This document shows, piece by piece, positions 13,260 to 26,886 of a DNA stretch of 64,000 bases. Source of the stretch: Phallusia mammillata (taxonomy: Eukaryota); assembly GCA_965637545.1 (NCBI GenBank), contig OZ281494.1, positions 1,984,001-2,048,000 on the forward strand, in the 5' to 3' direction. The notes beneath the pieces are model-generated. The model worked only from the letters and a program-made list of their open reading frames with translations, was not told where the DNA came from and did no database searches. The first letter of the stretch is position 1. The number at the start of each line of letters is the position of its first letter. The position numbers and the translations under genes were made by a program.

Positions 13260-13857
13260 ATGTAGTCAAACAATACTAACCAGAATGAAGTATTACGTTT
13301 AAATAAGTATCTTGTGGTATGGTGTACAAACTTTTTTCACTTGCATATGTATAACTTTTTCAACCTTCAATTTTCTGAGATTGCCTAACCGGCGATTAGC
13401 AAAACTATATTGCATTATAAATTCTTTTTACACATTTTTCAAGTTCTTGTTGACAAACCGGAAAAATTGCGAAGATTTAACTTTTATTTGTTGCTTACCT
13501 AACCCTCGCGAGTAAATGCAAACTGCTTATCAGTATAATCACTGGAAGTACTGCAGCGAAATCTAGAGCATTTTTCACCGAAGTTTAATGAATGCAAATT
13601 TATTGTCGTTCATACGTCACAGTGTTAAAACGTGATATAAGCGATTTGGTGCGTAACATCATCTTAGTTGCAAAACACTCAAAGTTTCCCGTTCAAACCG
13701 TGTTTCTCAGTTGAAGTGTATAGCGTAAAGTTTGACGTAATTAAAAATACAGGCATTGTAAATCTCCACACAGTTCACACATTGACGAAAACGCACAAAA
13801 TGCTTGTGTACAATTGAATTAAGCTTCAATCAAACATAACCTTGGCTTAAAATACCA

Positions 13858-15447
13858 TCATGTTTTGTACAAGGCATTGTATACAACTTCCTTTTCAAAT
13901 GATGGATTGGTAGACTGGTAAAGTTCGTTGACCACAATTTCCCTACACTGCGGTTCCGAAGTGTTTGCTGTTAACGTGTCGGAAAAACTCTTTGTTGTTT
14001 TCAATTTCCTGTGTAAGCAATACAGAAAAGTTGATACTTCATACTAATACAACCAGATTCTGTTGATATTATAACAACTCTAGCTTATATTGTATTAAAC
14101 CTCTACACTTTAGCTTTTAGTAAAACAAGTTTTCTGTAGAAGCAATGTGCTGCAATAGGTTACGCTGTTTTTTGTCAGGTTTAGGGCGTTATATTTGAGG
14201 GTGTTTCATTGTGTCAAATATTTACCTGATTTTGAAAAGCAAAACCAAGATGACACAACATGCAAAGAGAAGCAACACTGCAAGCACCAAGACGACCCAT
14301 ATAAATAGTGAGGCTTCCTCGGTGGTTTGACCTGTCAACAAGTTATTTTTATTCACTGCAAGTGATTTCACGCTGTACAGGCACGTTGAGTGTTATACAA
14401 TGCATAGGTAACTTGTTCTAAAAGCAAGAAGATGGAAAATGCGCAAAGTATTTTATAATTCGTAATTGCGACTTTATTGTTTCTACAGTAAAGTAATATC
14501 ACGAGTGTGCAAATAAGGATTATACATTTCCCTGCAAGAGTGTTCAATGAATAGAGATTCCATGTTAATGAAATTATCACAATACCTTTATAGTTTGACA
14601 CGTCGTCATAAACTGACGTTGTTCCTGTCATTGTAGTGGTGTATTTTAGAGTAAAGTTTTTCCGCCCAGCAAGTGTTCCATTGTTACGTCGAGATATATT
14701 GGACGAAACAACCACTGAAAATCCCGGCAAAATATTTGTTTTATTCTTCTCGTGATTCAAATTCATTTATTAATGATTTTAATTACCTGCGTTTTGAGAT
14801 GCTTCTATTAAAGTATTTGATTCGCAGTCAATAAACTGATAAGACATCACAGCTGAGAAAAGTTTAAACCAGGTGGTAATTTCGGGTGGCCAGCTTAAAG
14901 CACCTTGCATGTTATTTCTACATAGCTATCATCTGCTATCTCCAACTTTGCAGTTGGTCATATTTGAACCTTCTTTAACGTAAATGAGACACCAAGGAGC
15001 CTTCTGATAGAACTTATGACCTGAAAATGTATGATAGAATTAATTTGTTGTTTACTTTTCTGCTAAAAGTTGTTCAAAAACTTACTTGGTCTGTCTGGTA
15101 ACCAAAAGTTGTAATGATTATCAACATATCCCACCGTGTCAGATTTCACAACCTTGAAAATCATCATAAGATTTGTTCGGTTTGGTTGACTGTAATTAAA
15201 CCTCCATGAGCAATAATGCCCACAATATCCAGCAGCATGTACCATGAATCCTGAACTGTTTGAAGTTGGAAGTTGAAGGCAATAACTCGTTGCCAAGCCG
15301 AAGAATACTGAATAAATTTGATGCAAATTTTAAAATAGTCAACTTTTCTATTTCAACGCATGAAAACTAAACTTCTTACCACATACGAAGATGCAAACCG
15401 TTTTGACAAACTTTTGGACAGTATTGTGAACGCATAATACTCGACAT
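13858..15447 (-). pseudogene. Receptor family gene B, disrupted, with ITIM-type tail
   Basis: Exons 15447-15380 (68 nt, out of phase with exon 2), 15307-15086, 15020-14787 (in-frame TGA TAG at 14931-14926), 14714-14586, 14331-14226 (TM LFIWVVLVLAVLLLFACCVILVLLF), 14008-13858 (tail EIVVNELYQSTNPSFEKEVVYNALYKT*). Confidence 0.8.
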
Positions 15448-15920
15448 TCTTCTGAACCAATTGACGCAATATCACTCTCTGAAGTGCCTGCAGTATCAAT
15501 TAAGTTAGTTAAGCTAACATTAGACAAAACTTGATCCAACTCATCTTTAAAGCTAACACAGTTAATGTGGAGACTTACAAGAACAAGGAAAATAAATAAT
15601 TAACGTGCAGTGAACAATTTGGTTCGATTCATTAATCAGAAAATGTGGCTGAAATTCTCTTACTGACTACAACGCACAACGAATTTTACCTAAAATTACC
15701 TCAAATTAAACAAAAGTAACTATACATGTTACGTTTGCCACTTTTGACATCGCAATGACTGAAATCGTCAATACAAATTAACTCCGTAAATCGCCCAAAA
15801 ACATGTATGAAGAAAAAAACACTGTAAACACACTGTAAGATGCTTTATGCCTGCAGATCACAAACGCTTTGTCAAAGTAATTTTAATAATAGCTATGGAT
15901 TATCCGGTTAAACGTTATAT

Positions 15921-16156
15921 CAGTGGTCGGCAACCGCCGGTCCGCGGCCCGATACCGGTCCGCGAAGAGTTCATTACCGGGCCGTATACTATTTCAGGTT
16001 TAATGTTTTTCAACATTTTGCCCATGTATCCCAAGGATGATAAACTAATTTAAGCGTTTTTATTACTAAATATTTGTGTTTTTTTGAAGACCGGTCCGCG
16101 ACAAAAACATTTATTTCAGAAACGGTCCGCAGTGCAAAAAAGGTTGCCAAACCCTG
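15921..16156. mobile_element. hAT-type MITE
   Basis: TIRs CAGTGGTCGGCAACC / GGTTGCCAAACCCTG; perfect 8-bp TSD CGTTATAT; empty site in paralogues (ggttaaacgttatatg at ~19402 and ~26357). Confidence 0.85.
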
Positions 16157-16617
16157 CGTTATATGTCCCATTTGTGTTTGGGACATGCAACGCAGTACGT
16201 TAGTTCCGTCTAAGCTTAGTTATGCCTTTCTGTTTGTACAAATGTTTGAATCAGTTTATCATTCCACAGAAAAGTAAATGTGTTCCATAGGTAACATTAC
16301 ATCCCGTTTCATTTTGGTCTTCGTTAAAATTTTGAAAACAATTTAACAACTTGCACATTACATATTGCTCAGTAATACGACTTTTCAGGACATATACTAT
16401 TTCACAAAACAGCTAAAACTAGACATACATGATTTAATCTGGCCTTCAACATACAAACGCTTCCTACAATAGCACAAATGTAACAATCAATAGCACAAAA
16501 GAGTAGAATATCTTTAAAAAATATTGCTAAATAGATATTTTTACGTTGGGCATCCGAGGTTTTTTTTCCAGAACGAGTAACACAAAAGAAAACAAGAATT
16601 CGTGCTTTCTAAATTTG

Positions 16618-17983
16618 TCACATGATTATTGGGTTGTACAAATCATTGTTAGCAATCTCCTTTTCATAGGTTGGATTATTTGAGTGGTACAGTTCGTTCA
16701 CCACAATTTCTTTATCCTGCTGTTTTGTAGGCGATTTGTCTTCGGTGTGGAAAGATCCGTCCTTTTTTCTGCATGACACAAAATTAGAATTACTTTTTTC
16801 AGACGTTTGAAAATAGGTATCAAAATTGTCTTATTTTATTAACTGTATGTAATTTCTTATCCTAGGAAAGTTGTTGTTGACTGATTACCTTTTTTGGACC
16901 AGTAAGTATACTACGACTGCAGATGAAACAATCAGCAAAACAGCAAGAAACACAGAAACCCACAAAAATACCGACGGCTGTGTGGCGGTTTGACCTGCTG
17001 ATAAACAAACGGTATTTCGTTTTTACTGCTTTTTACCACATGAAAAAGTAACATTAACATTATATGCATGATTCACCAGAAACTGGCGGCGTTTCTGTTA
17101 TTGTTGTCATGGTTTGGGTTTTCTCCGTTGAGTTTATCCGTTTTTCAGGTGTTGAATTATTGTGCGTTGTTGTGGAGTTCACTTCAACTGGAATACAAAA
17201 CAGTCACAAGTTTAACCGCTAAATCGGCCGGGATAATAATAATTTATAACTTAGTTTTGTGTTTAAAAATTAACAAATTTTTATCTCCTAAAAGCATGCA
17301 AACGGTGTCCACTGAACAAACTTACCTATATCAGGAACAACATTCGACACGTTTCCCTCACAGTCAATGAAATCAAACGACATCGCAGCCGAAAATAGAG
17401 CAAAGTCAGTTTTGATCACTGGAGGCCACATCACAGATTCTTGTATGACATTTTCACACAAGTCTTGTCTTTTATCTCCAGGTTTGCAGTTCGTCAAGCT
17501 GGAACCAGACTTTACATAAATACGACAGAAAGGACCCTTTTGCCACCACTTCCCACCTACGACAATAACACAATAGATATTCTGTATTGTTGGCAAGACC
17601 ATGTAGCAGATACATACCTGGGTTATCCGGTGTATAAAAATTGTAATGGTTTGCCGTATGTCCAACAGTGTCGGATTGCAAAACCTTAAATATCAGCATA
17701 AGATTAGTTCGGTTGGGAATATTGTAATCAAAATTCCAAATGCAATGGTGCCTAGTATATCCAGTCGCGTGTATCAAGTACCCTGAGCTGTTTGAAGTAG
17801 AAAGTCGGAGGCAATAACTTGCAGCAAAGCTGATGAAAACTACAACAAAATATTTAAAAATAATTATACTTAGACGCAATCTTAAATACTGATGGAGTAG
17901 AAAAATATTCCCTTACCACTTGAAATGATGCAAATATGTTTAATGGAACGCTGAACAGGGTTTAACGTAAGGAAAACAAACAT
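16618..17983 (-). CDS. Receptor family gene C1, intact 6-exon gene (~295 aa), NxLY tail
   Basis: Exons 17983-17917, 17839-17618, 17556-17326, 17187-17077, 16994-16889, 16768-16618, total 888 nt, open. TM VFLWVSVFLAVLLIVSSAVVVYLLV; tail EIVVNELYHSNNPTYEKEIANNDLYNPIIM*. Confidence 0.85.
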
Positions 17984-20900
17984 TGTTAAGTCGCTAATTG
18001 AAAACACAATAAGAAAGTTAAACATATGTTGCAAAGTCGCCAAAGTGCTACAAAAAACGAGTTTGCAACAAACAACTGCACATGCTTCTTGACATCAAAT
18101 CAGAAAAGTCAAGTTTGGTTACACTACTCTTTCAGTCCAATGTACTCAGTAAGAAACAGCCTTTTTTGTTCAGTTGACTCAAATTTGTTTCTGCAAAACG
18201 AAGCAAGTAAGAGAAGGAAATTTATCTTCAGCGCCCAGCAAACACTGAGAGCACATTAGGTAGCTTTTCTTAACCGGTTAAGTTGCTTCAATGCTAATTT
18301 TTATAATTTATTCTCCGCCACACGTCATGGGATTATACGTGACGTGACCATTGTGGCACTTTCGCCTCTTTGTTCTCGATTTCCTGTTTAAAAAGCGTTT
18401 CTGTTTGTTTCAAAGCGTCTTATTTTGTGCGAAGGAGTAGTAGATGATGAGTCATTTAAAGATTAAAACTTTTAAGGCCTTCGAAAGCAAAACACTCGAT
18501 GGTTAATTGTTTGCCAGCATTCACTTTTCAAACAAATAATTTTTTTTAACAATGAATAGTTCCATTTTTACCAACATTATCCAGTTGGTTTCATAGCTAC
18601 ACAAACAAACGCGGAAACTAATTTTAGTTCAAGGAAACCCATTCGAGTCAGGTGAAACCAAACTGTGCCATCCGGGTTACACAACAAGTCAGTTAGAATA
18701 GCACGGTGAGTCATTTGATGCAAAGGCATATTTCTCTGTTTCACCCCTTTCACAATGCTTTCCTCAAACCCAGGTGTGGCACAACCAGTCGGTCCGGGCA
18801 GCACACTACAAAGACATAGATTTCTTTTTTCGATACACAACATGTCCTCAAACCGTAAACGTAAACAACCATGTCGACAAACATATCTTTTGTTAGTGCC
18901 AGAACACCTGACAAATAAGGTTTGGTTGAGATATCAATGGGGAAAGTAAAAATACGTGCATGTGCCTCAAGCGGGGGGTTTAATTCAAAAAACAAATCAA
19001 TAAATAAACTGAAATCTTGTAGCAAAAGTATGCGACGCGTGTCTTGGTTTACAGAACATAGTATTTTGGTTTAAGCAGCATAGAATTTTGGTTTACACAG
19101 CAGTAGTGTTAAAAATGTCAATGGTTGTAACACTGATGTTGGTGCTATGTGGTAAGTACATTCTGTACATACGTTTTACATGTTAAAAAATTTGACTTTT
19201 ATGGTCTAAACAACAACTTTACAATTGTGCAACACCATGCAGACGGAAAAACAACATCACTAAATAAAAATGCGCCACAGTGTAAAAGCAAACATTGTAA
19301 AATTCTTCGATTTATGGGCTATAAACATTGTATTTTGTATGCCCGCAGATTGCAAAGGCTATGTCAATGCAAATTTTAATAGTAGCCATGGATTATTATC
19401 GGGTTAAACGTTATATGACCGGTTATTGTTTGGGACACAGACACTTAACACTTTGCGTCAGTTCCGTCTATTTTTTTCAGTTAAGCCATACTGTGTTCCA
19501 TAGGCGTTGGAATATTTATTCAAACTGAGTGTATTCAACGTAACATTTCATCCCGTTGTATTTTAGTCTTAGTTATAATGTTGAATACAATTGAGCAACT
19601 TGCATACCACATACCCCATTAATATTAATACTATTTTACTATTTCACAAGAGTGTAAATGTAGACAAAAAAGAATTAATCTGGTCTTTACCAGATAAAAG
19701 TTAAAATTCTAATCCAGTTTGTTTATTACACTTATCTTATCTTTAAACAAACATCTTATAATAGCACAAATGTAACAACCAATAGCACAAAAAAGTAGAA
19801 TGTCTAAAAAAATATTACAACATAAATGTTTTTACGTTGGGCATCCGCTAAACATTACAAAATAAATGTTTTTACGTTGGGCATCCGCTAAACGTCTACA
19901 GTTTCTGTGCGAAGTGTGTTCCAAGAACGAGTTACACAAAAGGAAACAAGAATTCGTGCTTTCTGAATTTGTCAGATGATTATCGGTTGAACAAAGTATT
20001 GTACACAGTCTCCGTTTCGAACGTTGAATTATTGGAGTGGTAAAGTTTGTTTACCACAATTTCTTTATCCTGCGATTTGTCTTCAGTTTTGGGAGATCTG
20101 TCTTTTTTTCTGCATGACACAAAATTAGAATGACTTTTTCAAAATATGTGAAGATAAGCATCAATAAATTCTAATTTCATTACACTGCATTTTATCTCAT
20201 GAAAGTTGTGTTAGCCTTCTTCATAGATTACCTTATTTTGACCAACAAGTACACAACAACTGTAGATGTCAACATCAGTAAAACAGCAAGAACCACAGAA
20301 ATCCATAGAAATACAGACGGCTGTGGCGCGATTAGACCTAGTGATAATCAAATAATCTTTTTAAGTTTTGCCTCGTGAAACAAGTTACAGTAACACCATT
20401 TGCATGAGTCACCAGAAACTGCCGGTGTTCCTGTCATTGTTGTCGTCGTTTGGGTTTTCTCCGTTGAGTTTATCCATCTTTCAGCAGCTGAGTTGTTATG
20501 CGTTGATGTGTTCGATGTTACCAACACTTAAATAAAACAAACGTATCAGTGCAAATATTTTACCACTAAACTAGGCGAAGTGTTAAATTAAAATCCAGTT
20601 GTCCGTTCCAAATAAACAGTCACGGTTTTGTGCTTAAACTTTATATACCAGACCGAAGTTTTTAATAAAAAAATTTGGGACAGGCGGCTCGTAGCTAAAA
20701 ACTAACCAACGTCATCCACTGAAACCACCTTACCAATATAACGATCAACATTTGATACGTTCGCCTCACAGTCTACAAAATCAAACGACATCACAGCAGA
20801 ATATAGCGCAAAGTCAGTTTTGACCACAGGAGGCCAGCTCACAGATTCTTGTATGACATTTTCACACAAGTCTGGTCTCTTATCTCTAGGTTTGCAGTTC

Positions 20901-21740
20901 TTCAAGCTGGAACCATACTATGCATAAGTGCGACAGAATGAACCTTTCTGCCACCACTTCCTATCTACGATAAAAAAATAACAGATTTCCGTTATGGTTA
21001 GCAAGATAAAGTAACAGATAAAAACCTGGGTTATCCGGTGTGTAGAAATTGTAATGGTTTCCCCAAAGTCCAACAGTGTCAGATTGCAAAACCTTAAAAA
21101 GCATCAAAATATTTATTCGGTTCGGCGGATTGGAATCAAATTCCCAGTTGCAAAGTTGCCCATTATATCCAGTTGCGTGTATCAAGTACCCTGAGCTGTT
21201 TGAAGTGGGAAGTCGGAGGCAATAACTTGATGCAAAGCTGATGAAAACTAAAACAAAATATTTAAAAATAAACACTTAAATACAGATGGAGCAGAAAACT
21301 ATTTCCTTACCACTTGAAATGATGCCAATATGTTTAAAACCTTGCTGAACAAACATTGTCAAATCGCTAACTTAAAACAGAATAGGAAAGTCAAATCTTA
21401 CGAAGTCGTCAAAATGCTGTAAAAAGCGAGTTTGTAACAAACAACTTAACATGCTTATTGACATTAAATCAGAAAAGTCAAGTTTGTTTACACTACTCTT
21501 TTCGTCCTATATGTACTAAGTAAGAAACAGCCTTTTTGTTCAGTAGACTAACTTTGTTTCTGCCGAACTAAGCAAGTAAAAGAAGAAAACTTCTCTACAG
21601 CAGCCAGCAAATAGTGAGAGCACAATAGGTTACTTTGTTATTACGTGACGTGACCATTGTGAGACTTTTCGCCCTGTTTGAAAAGCGTTTCTGTTTGTTT
21701 CAAAACGTCGTATTTTGTCAAAGAAGCATAGATGATGAGT
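17300..21740. repeat. Segmental duplication, copy 1 (copy 2 at ~24260-28700; partial third copy at ~31475-32860)
   Basis: Offset ~6930-6965. The intergenic 18030-19600 stretch is visually near-identical to 24990-26560. Confidence 0.85.
19980..21356 (-). pseudogene. Receptor family gene C2, premature stop in exon 3
   Basis: Exons 21356-21311, 21247-21026, 20964-20734, 20526-20413, 20337-20232, 20109-19980. TAG at 20920-20918 where paralogue C3 has AAG. Tail ...NKLYHS...ETVYNTLFNR*. Confidence 0.8.
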
Positions 21741-21945
21741 NNNNNNNNNNNNNNNNNNNNNNNNNNNNNNNNNNNNNNNNNNNNNNNNNNNNNNNNNNNN
21801 NNNNNNNNNNNNNNNNNNNNNNNNNNNNNNNNNNNNNNNNNNNNNNNNNNNNNNNNNNNNNNNNNNNNNNNNNNNNNNNNNNNNNNNNNNNNNNNNNNNN
21901 NNNNNNNNNNNNNNNNNNNNNNNNNNNNNNNNNNNNNNNNNNNNN
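21741..21945. other. Assembly gap (205 N)
   Basis: Run of n characters. Confidence 1.
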
Positions 21946-22393
21946 AACGAAAGTTTGCTTAATACATATTTCATCCAAACTGGTGAAAAACAGTAAATAA
22001 TAATGATTAAGGTTTTATAACGTTATCAATTTTATTAGTCTCAGTTCTAGCAATATAGGATGATTTATACTTAATAAAGAAGTTTTCGTGAGTACTTGGT
22101 ACCAGGTTTTTTTTAAGGTTTGGTTTGGGTGACCGCTAAGTAGTTTTTTTAGTTTTAAGAGATCCGCAAGTGTTTCATTTAAATACCACAAACTGTAACT
22201 TAGTTGTAGTTGCAAGTTCAAATTTTGGGAAACCGCTGGAGAAATTTGAGGGGACCGTTTCGGTCCCCCAAAACACCTTCAAAATAAACACTTCTTGGTA
22301 CATCTTGCAATGATTTTCCTAATGATTTTAAGGAAATACAAATTTGCGGCAAGCAGCAAAACTGGGCACCACATAGTGATTCTCCATAAGTCG

Positions 22394-22475
22394 GTTACAG
22401 TGTTTCAGTTAAAAAAGCGAGCCAGATCTGATCAACTGAATGGAATGGCCAACAACGAACTTTATCATTCGTCCA
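22394..22475 (+). pseudogene. Inverted relic of E-type tail exon (partial copy at ~29096-29121)
   Basis: YSVSVKK/SDQLNGMANNELYHSS vs gene E YSVPVKRGVTSDQPNGMVNNELYQSS, but on the opposite strand. Confidence 0.65.
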
Positions 22476-23069
22476 AGTGCCCGAAATTTGGACAATTTTG
22501 AAGTTAATCAGGCTTAAAGCATGGTATAATACAATTGCATAGTAAGTTTTCGAGAAATGCTTGTTTTATTGAGTGTATTTTCAAAAATCCACTGTTTTTG
22601 CAAGAAATATACATGCATGTATGTATTAACCGACAAACTTTTATCTTTGTGCGAAAAATAAACCTTCCAATACGAAAGCTGGTAATTGTTCCAGATTAAT
22701 GGGTGTGACATACCTGCTATGTACGCCATTTTGCTATATTGTATCGCTCGAACAAAAGCTACATTTTTCGATCGTAGGTCAAAGCAAAATAAAATAAGCC
22801 GTGAAAAATGAATTAAATTCCTCATCAAAAAAACATAGTACGCGATACATAAGCAGCGCAGTTTAAACCGATTACTCATGACAGTTAATCACAACAAACT
22901 TAGCATTGAAAACTTTAAGGGTGTTCATATTGTTTACAGTGCTTGCTGTATGATAATATTTGTACATAAATGGAATTATATCACAAAATACAACACGAAT
23001 CACATATGAGTTCCGAGGTTGCAATGTTCTGTTATAACCGCGATATTGCATTAAATGGTTTGTTTAATT

Positions 23070-24938
23070 CTAAGGCAGTTTATTAAAATCCATGTACTCC
23101 GGTGTAGGTTGTTGTATTGGGGCAAGATAATCAACGTTGTCGTGTCCTGATGGAAACTCCACAGTGGCATAGTCTACAAAACACAGAAGAAATTAACTGC
23201 AATATTGGCTCCAGAATAAATATCGCTTTTACTGTATTGTAACGGAGGCGATTGAAAACTGGATGGGGTTTCCTGGTTTTCACCATTGCTGTGCTGAAAA
23301 GGATGCTGTTTATTTTGCTTTGTACTATTCCTTGTCGGTAATTGGACGGAGTCTGAATTTCTAAAACAACACTCATATGAGTACGACATCAAGTAGTAAA
23401 ACAACACAAACTATTACCAAACCTGGATCTATTTTTGTTTTGTCTGTTTCGCCACAATAGTATGATGAGAAGGATACAAAATATCGCAAACACAGCAGTA
23501 GCTGTTGCAATAACGATGGTGTCAGTTGTAGAAAAACCTAAAACGCAAAATTTGCTTGATGGTAATTTGTTGTAATTTGTAGATTTAGACTTTCGCTGAT
23601 TAAAAATAGGTTGCTATCTAAGTTAAGCAAATACAACCCGTAGATACATTATAATATCATCTCCTCTTTAGAACATAAGTGAATTAAATTTTGAAATACT
23701 TTTAATCAAACTAGCATTTGTAACCAAAAGTAGTTCAATTTAAGAACACATGCAGAAAAACAAATTGGTAAGACCTTTGTCACAAGTTGTGCTGTCGAAA
23801 AGTGACGGTGTTCCTGCCGTAGTTGTTGTCTGGGCTGGGTTACTGGAATTTTGCAAAAGTGTACTTGCAGCAAAAACATCTATAAAATAAAATAATTTAA
23901 AGGAGTTTAATTACATGCATATAGCTAAATATGTGCATCATTAAACAATCCAATTTATTAAAAGGTAAAATAAGTTAAAATGGGGATGTTCTAAATAAGT
24001 ATGGATAACGATTTCAATAATCGTAAAATAATGTCACTTCATAGCGACGCACTAATATAAGAAGGAAACAAATTTAAAAGGTGCAGGAAAAAAACAGCAG
24101 AACAGATGAAATTTAGTGACGCACAAAAAGTTACAGATAGAAGGATTTAAGCGATAATAAGAAACGTATCCCGACGCAAGTTAAGTACAAGAGCAGTCGA
24201 TCTCTCGAGAAGTCAGTGAAACGTTTGCTAGTACACTCACACGGACGAAGGGTGAAAAACATTCCTACGTCGTCCACTGAAACAAACTTACCGATATTAC
24301 GATCAACATTCGACATTTTCGCCTCGCAGTCAATGAAATCAAACGCCATTACAGCAGAAAATAGCGCAAAGTCTGTTTTGATCACGGGAGGCCACATCAC
24401 AGATTCTTGTATGACATTTTCACACAAGTCTTGTCTCTCATCTCCAGGTTTGCATTTCGCCAAGCTGGAACCAGACTTTACATAAATACGACAGAAAGGA
24501 CCCGATTTCCACCATTTCCTACCTACGACAATAACACAATAGATATTCTGTTTTGTTGGCAAGATTATGTAGCAGATACATACCTGGGTTATCCGGTGTA
24601 TAAAAACTGTAATGGTTTGCCGTATGTCCAACAGTGTCGGATTGCAAAACCTTAAACATCAGCATAAGATTAGTTCGGTTGGGAATATTGTAATCCAAAT
24701 TCCAGTTGCAATGGTGCCTAGCATAACCAGTCGCGTGTATCAAGTACCCTGATCTGTTTGAAGTGGGAAGTCGGAGGCAATAAGTTGCTGCAAAGCTGAT
24801 GAAAACTGCACCAAAACATCAAAAAATAAACACTTATATACTGATGGAGTAGAAAAATATTCCCTTACCACTTCAAATGATGCAAATACGTTTAAAGCAT
24901 CGCCGCTGAACAGCGTTTAAGCTAAGGAAAACAAGCAT
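23070..24938 (-). pseudogene. Receptor family gene D1: C1-like ectodomain on class-A-type TM/tail, stop in leader exon
   Basis: Exons 24938-24869 (TGA at 24875-24873 where C1 has TCA), 24805-24584, 24522-24292, 23879-23775, 23537-23423, 23360-23233, 23173-23070. Tail QYNYATVEFPSGHDNVDYLAPIQQPTPEYMDFNKLP*. Confidence 0.78.
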
Positions 24939-26886
24939 TGTTAAGTCGCTAATTAAAAACACAATAAGAAAGTTAAATATATCTTGCAAAATCGCCAAAG
25001 CGCTACAAAAAGCGTGTTTGCAACAAACAACTGCACATGCTTCTTGACATCAATTCAGAAAAGTCAAGTTTGGTTACACTACTCTTTCAGTCCAATGTAC
25101 TCAGTAAGAAACAGCCTTTTTTGTTCAGTTGACTCAAATTTGTTTCTGCAAAACGAAGCAAGTAAGAGAAGGAAATTTATCTTCAGCGCCCAGCAAACAC
25201 TGAGAGCACAATAGGTAGCTTTTCTTAACCGGTTAAGTTGCTTCAATGCTAATTTTTATAATTTATTCTCCGCCACACGTCATGGGATTATACGTGACGT
25301 GACCATTGTGGCACTTTCGCCTCTTTGTTCTCGATTTCCTGTTTAAAAAGCGTTTCTGTTTGTTTCAAAGCGTCCTATTTTGTGCGAAGGAGTAGTAGAT
25401 GATGAGTCATTTAAAGATTAAAACTTTTAAGGCCTTCGAAAGCAAAACACTCGATGGTTAATTGTTTGCCAGCATTCACTTTTTAAACAAATAATTTTTT
25501 TTAACAATGAATAGTTCCATTTTTACCAACATTATCCAGTTGGTTTCATAGCTACACAAACAAACGCGGAAACTAATTTTAGTTCAAGGAAACCTATTCG
25601 AGTCAGGTGAAACCAAACTGTGCCATCCGGGTTACACAACAAGTCAGTTAGAATAGCACGGTGAGTCATTTGATGCAAAGGCATATTTCTCTGTTTCACC
25701 CCTTTCACAATGCTTTCCTCAAACCCAGGTGTGGCACAACCAGTCGGTCCGGGCAGCACACTACAAAGACATAGATTTCTTTTTTCGATACACAACATGT
25801 CCTCAAACCGTAAACGTAAACAACCATGTCGACAAACATATCCTTTGTTAGTGCCAGAACACCTGACAAATAAGGTTTGGTTGAGATATCAATGGGGAAA
25901 GTAAAAATACGTGCATGTGCCTCAAGCGGGGGGTTTAATTCAAAAAACAAATAAATAAATAAACTGAAATCTTGTAGCAAAAGTATGCGACGCGTGTCTT
26001 GGTTTACAGAACATAGTATTTTGGTTTAAGCAGCATAGAATTTTGGTTTACACAGCAGTAGTGTTAAAAATGTCAATGGTTGTAACACTGATGTTGGTGC
26101 TATGTGGTAAGTACATTCTGTACATACGTTTTACATGTTAAAAAATTTGACTTTTATGGTCTAAACAACAACTTTACAATTGTGCAACACCATGCAGACG
26201 GAAAAACAACATCACTAAATAAAAATGCGCCACAGTGTAAAAGCAAACATTGTAAAATTCTTCGATTTATGGGCTATAAACATTGTATTTTGTATGCCCG
26301 CAGATTGCAAAGGCTATGTCAATGCAAATTTTAATAGTAGCCATGGATTATTATCGGGTTAAACGTTATATGACCGGTTATTGTTTGGGACACAGACACT
26401 TAACACTTTGCGTCAGTTCCGTCTATTTTTTTCAGTTAAGCCATACTGTGTTCCATAGGCGTTGGAATATTTATTAAAACTGAGTGTATTCAACGTAACA
26501 TTTCATCCCGTTGTATTTTAGTCTTAGTTATAATGTTGAATACAATTGAGCAACTTGCATACTACACACCTCATTAATATTATTACTATTTCACAAGAGT
26601 GTAAATGTAGACAAAAACGAATTAATCTGGTCTTTACCAGATAAAAGTTAAAATTCTAATCCAGTTTGTTTATTACGCTTATCTTATTTTTAAACAAACA
26701 TCTTACAATAGCACAAATGTAACAATCAATAGCACAAAAAAGTAGAATATCTAAATAAATATTACAAAATAAATGTTTTTACGTTGGGCATCCGCTAAAC
26801 GTCTACAGTTTCTGTGCGAAGTGTGTTCCAAGAATGAGTTACACATAAGGAAACAAGAATTCATGCTTTCTGAATTTGTCAGACGA

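Noticed and set aside
14926-14931. Selenocysteine or readthrough at the in-frame TGA in gene B
   Set aside because: Immediately followed by TAG, does not align to a Cys, and the gene also has an out-of-phase leader
18755-18790. PRCG (MMP cysteine-switch-like) reading on the plus strand
   Set aside because: Only a four-residue match with no other metalloprotease features
19814-19893. Short tandem duplications (40 bp here; ~20 bp at ~33038 and ~35048)
   Set aside because: Ordinary slippage duplications in non-coding DNA
21630-22000. ORFs containing poly-X
   Set aside because: Artefacts of the N gap
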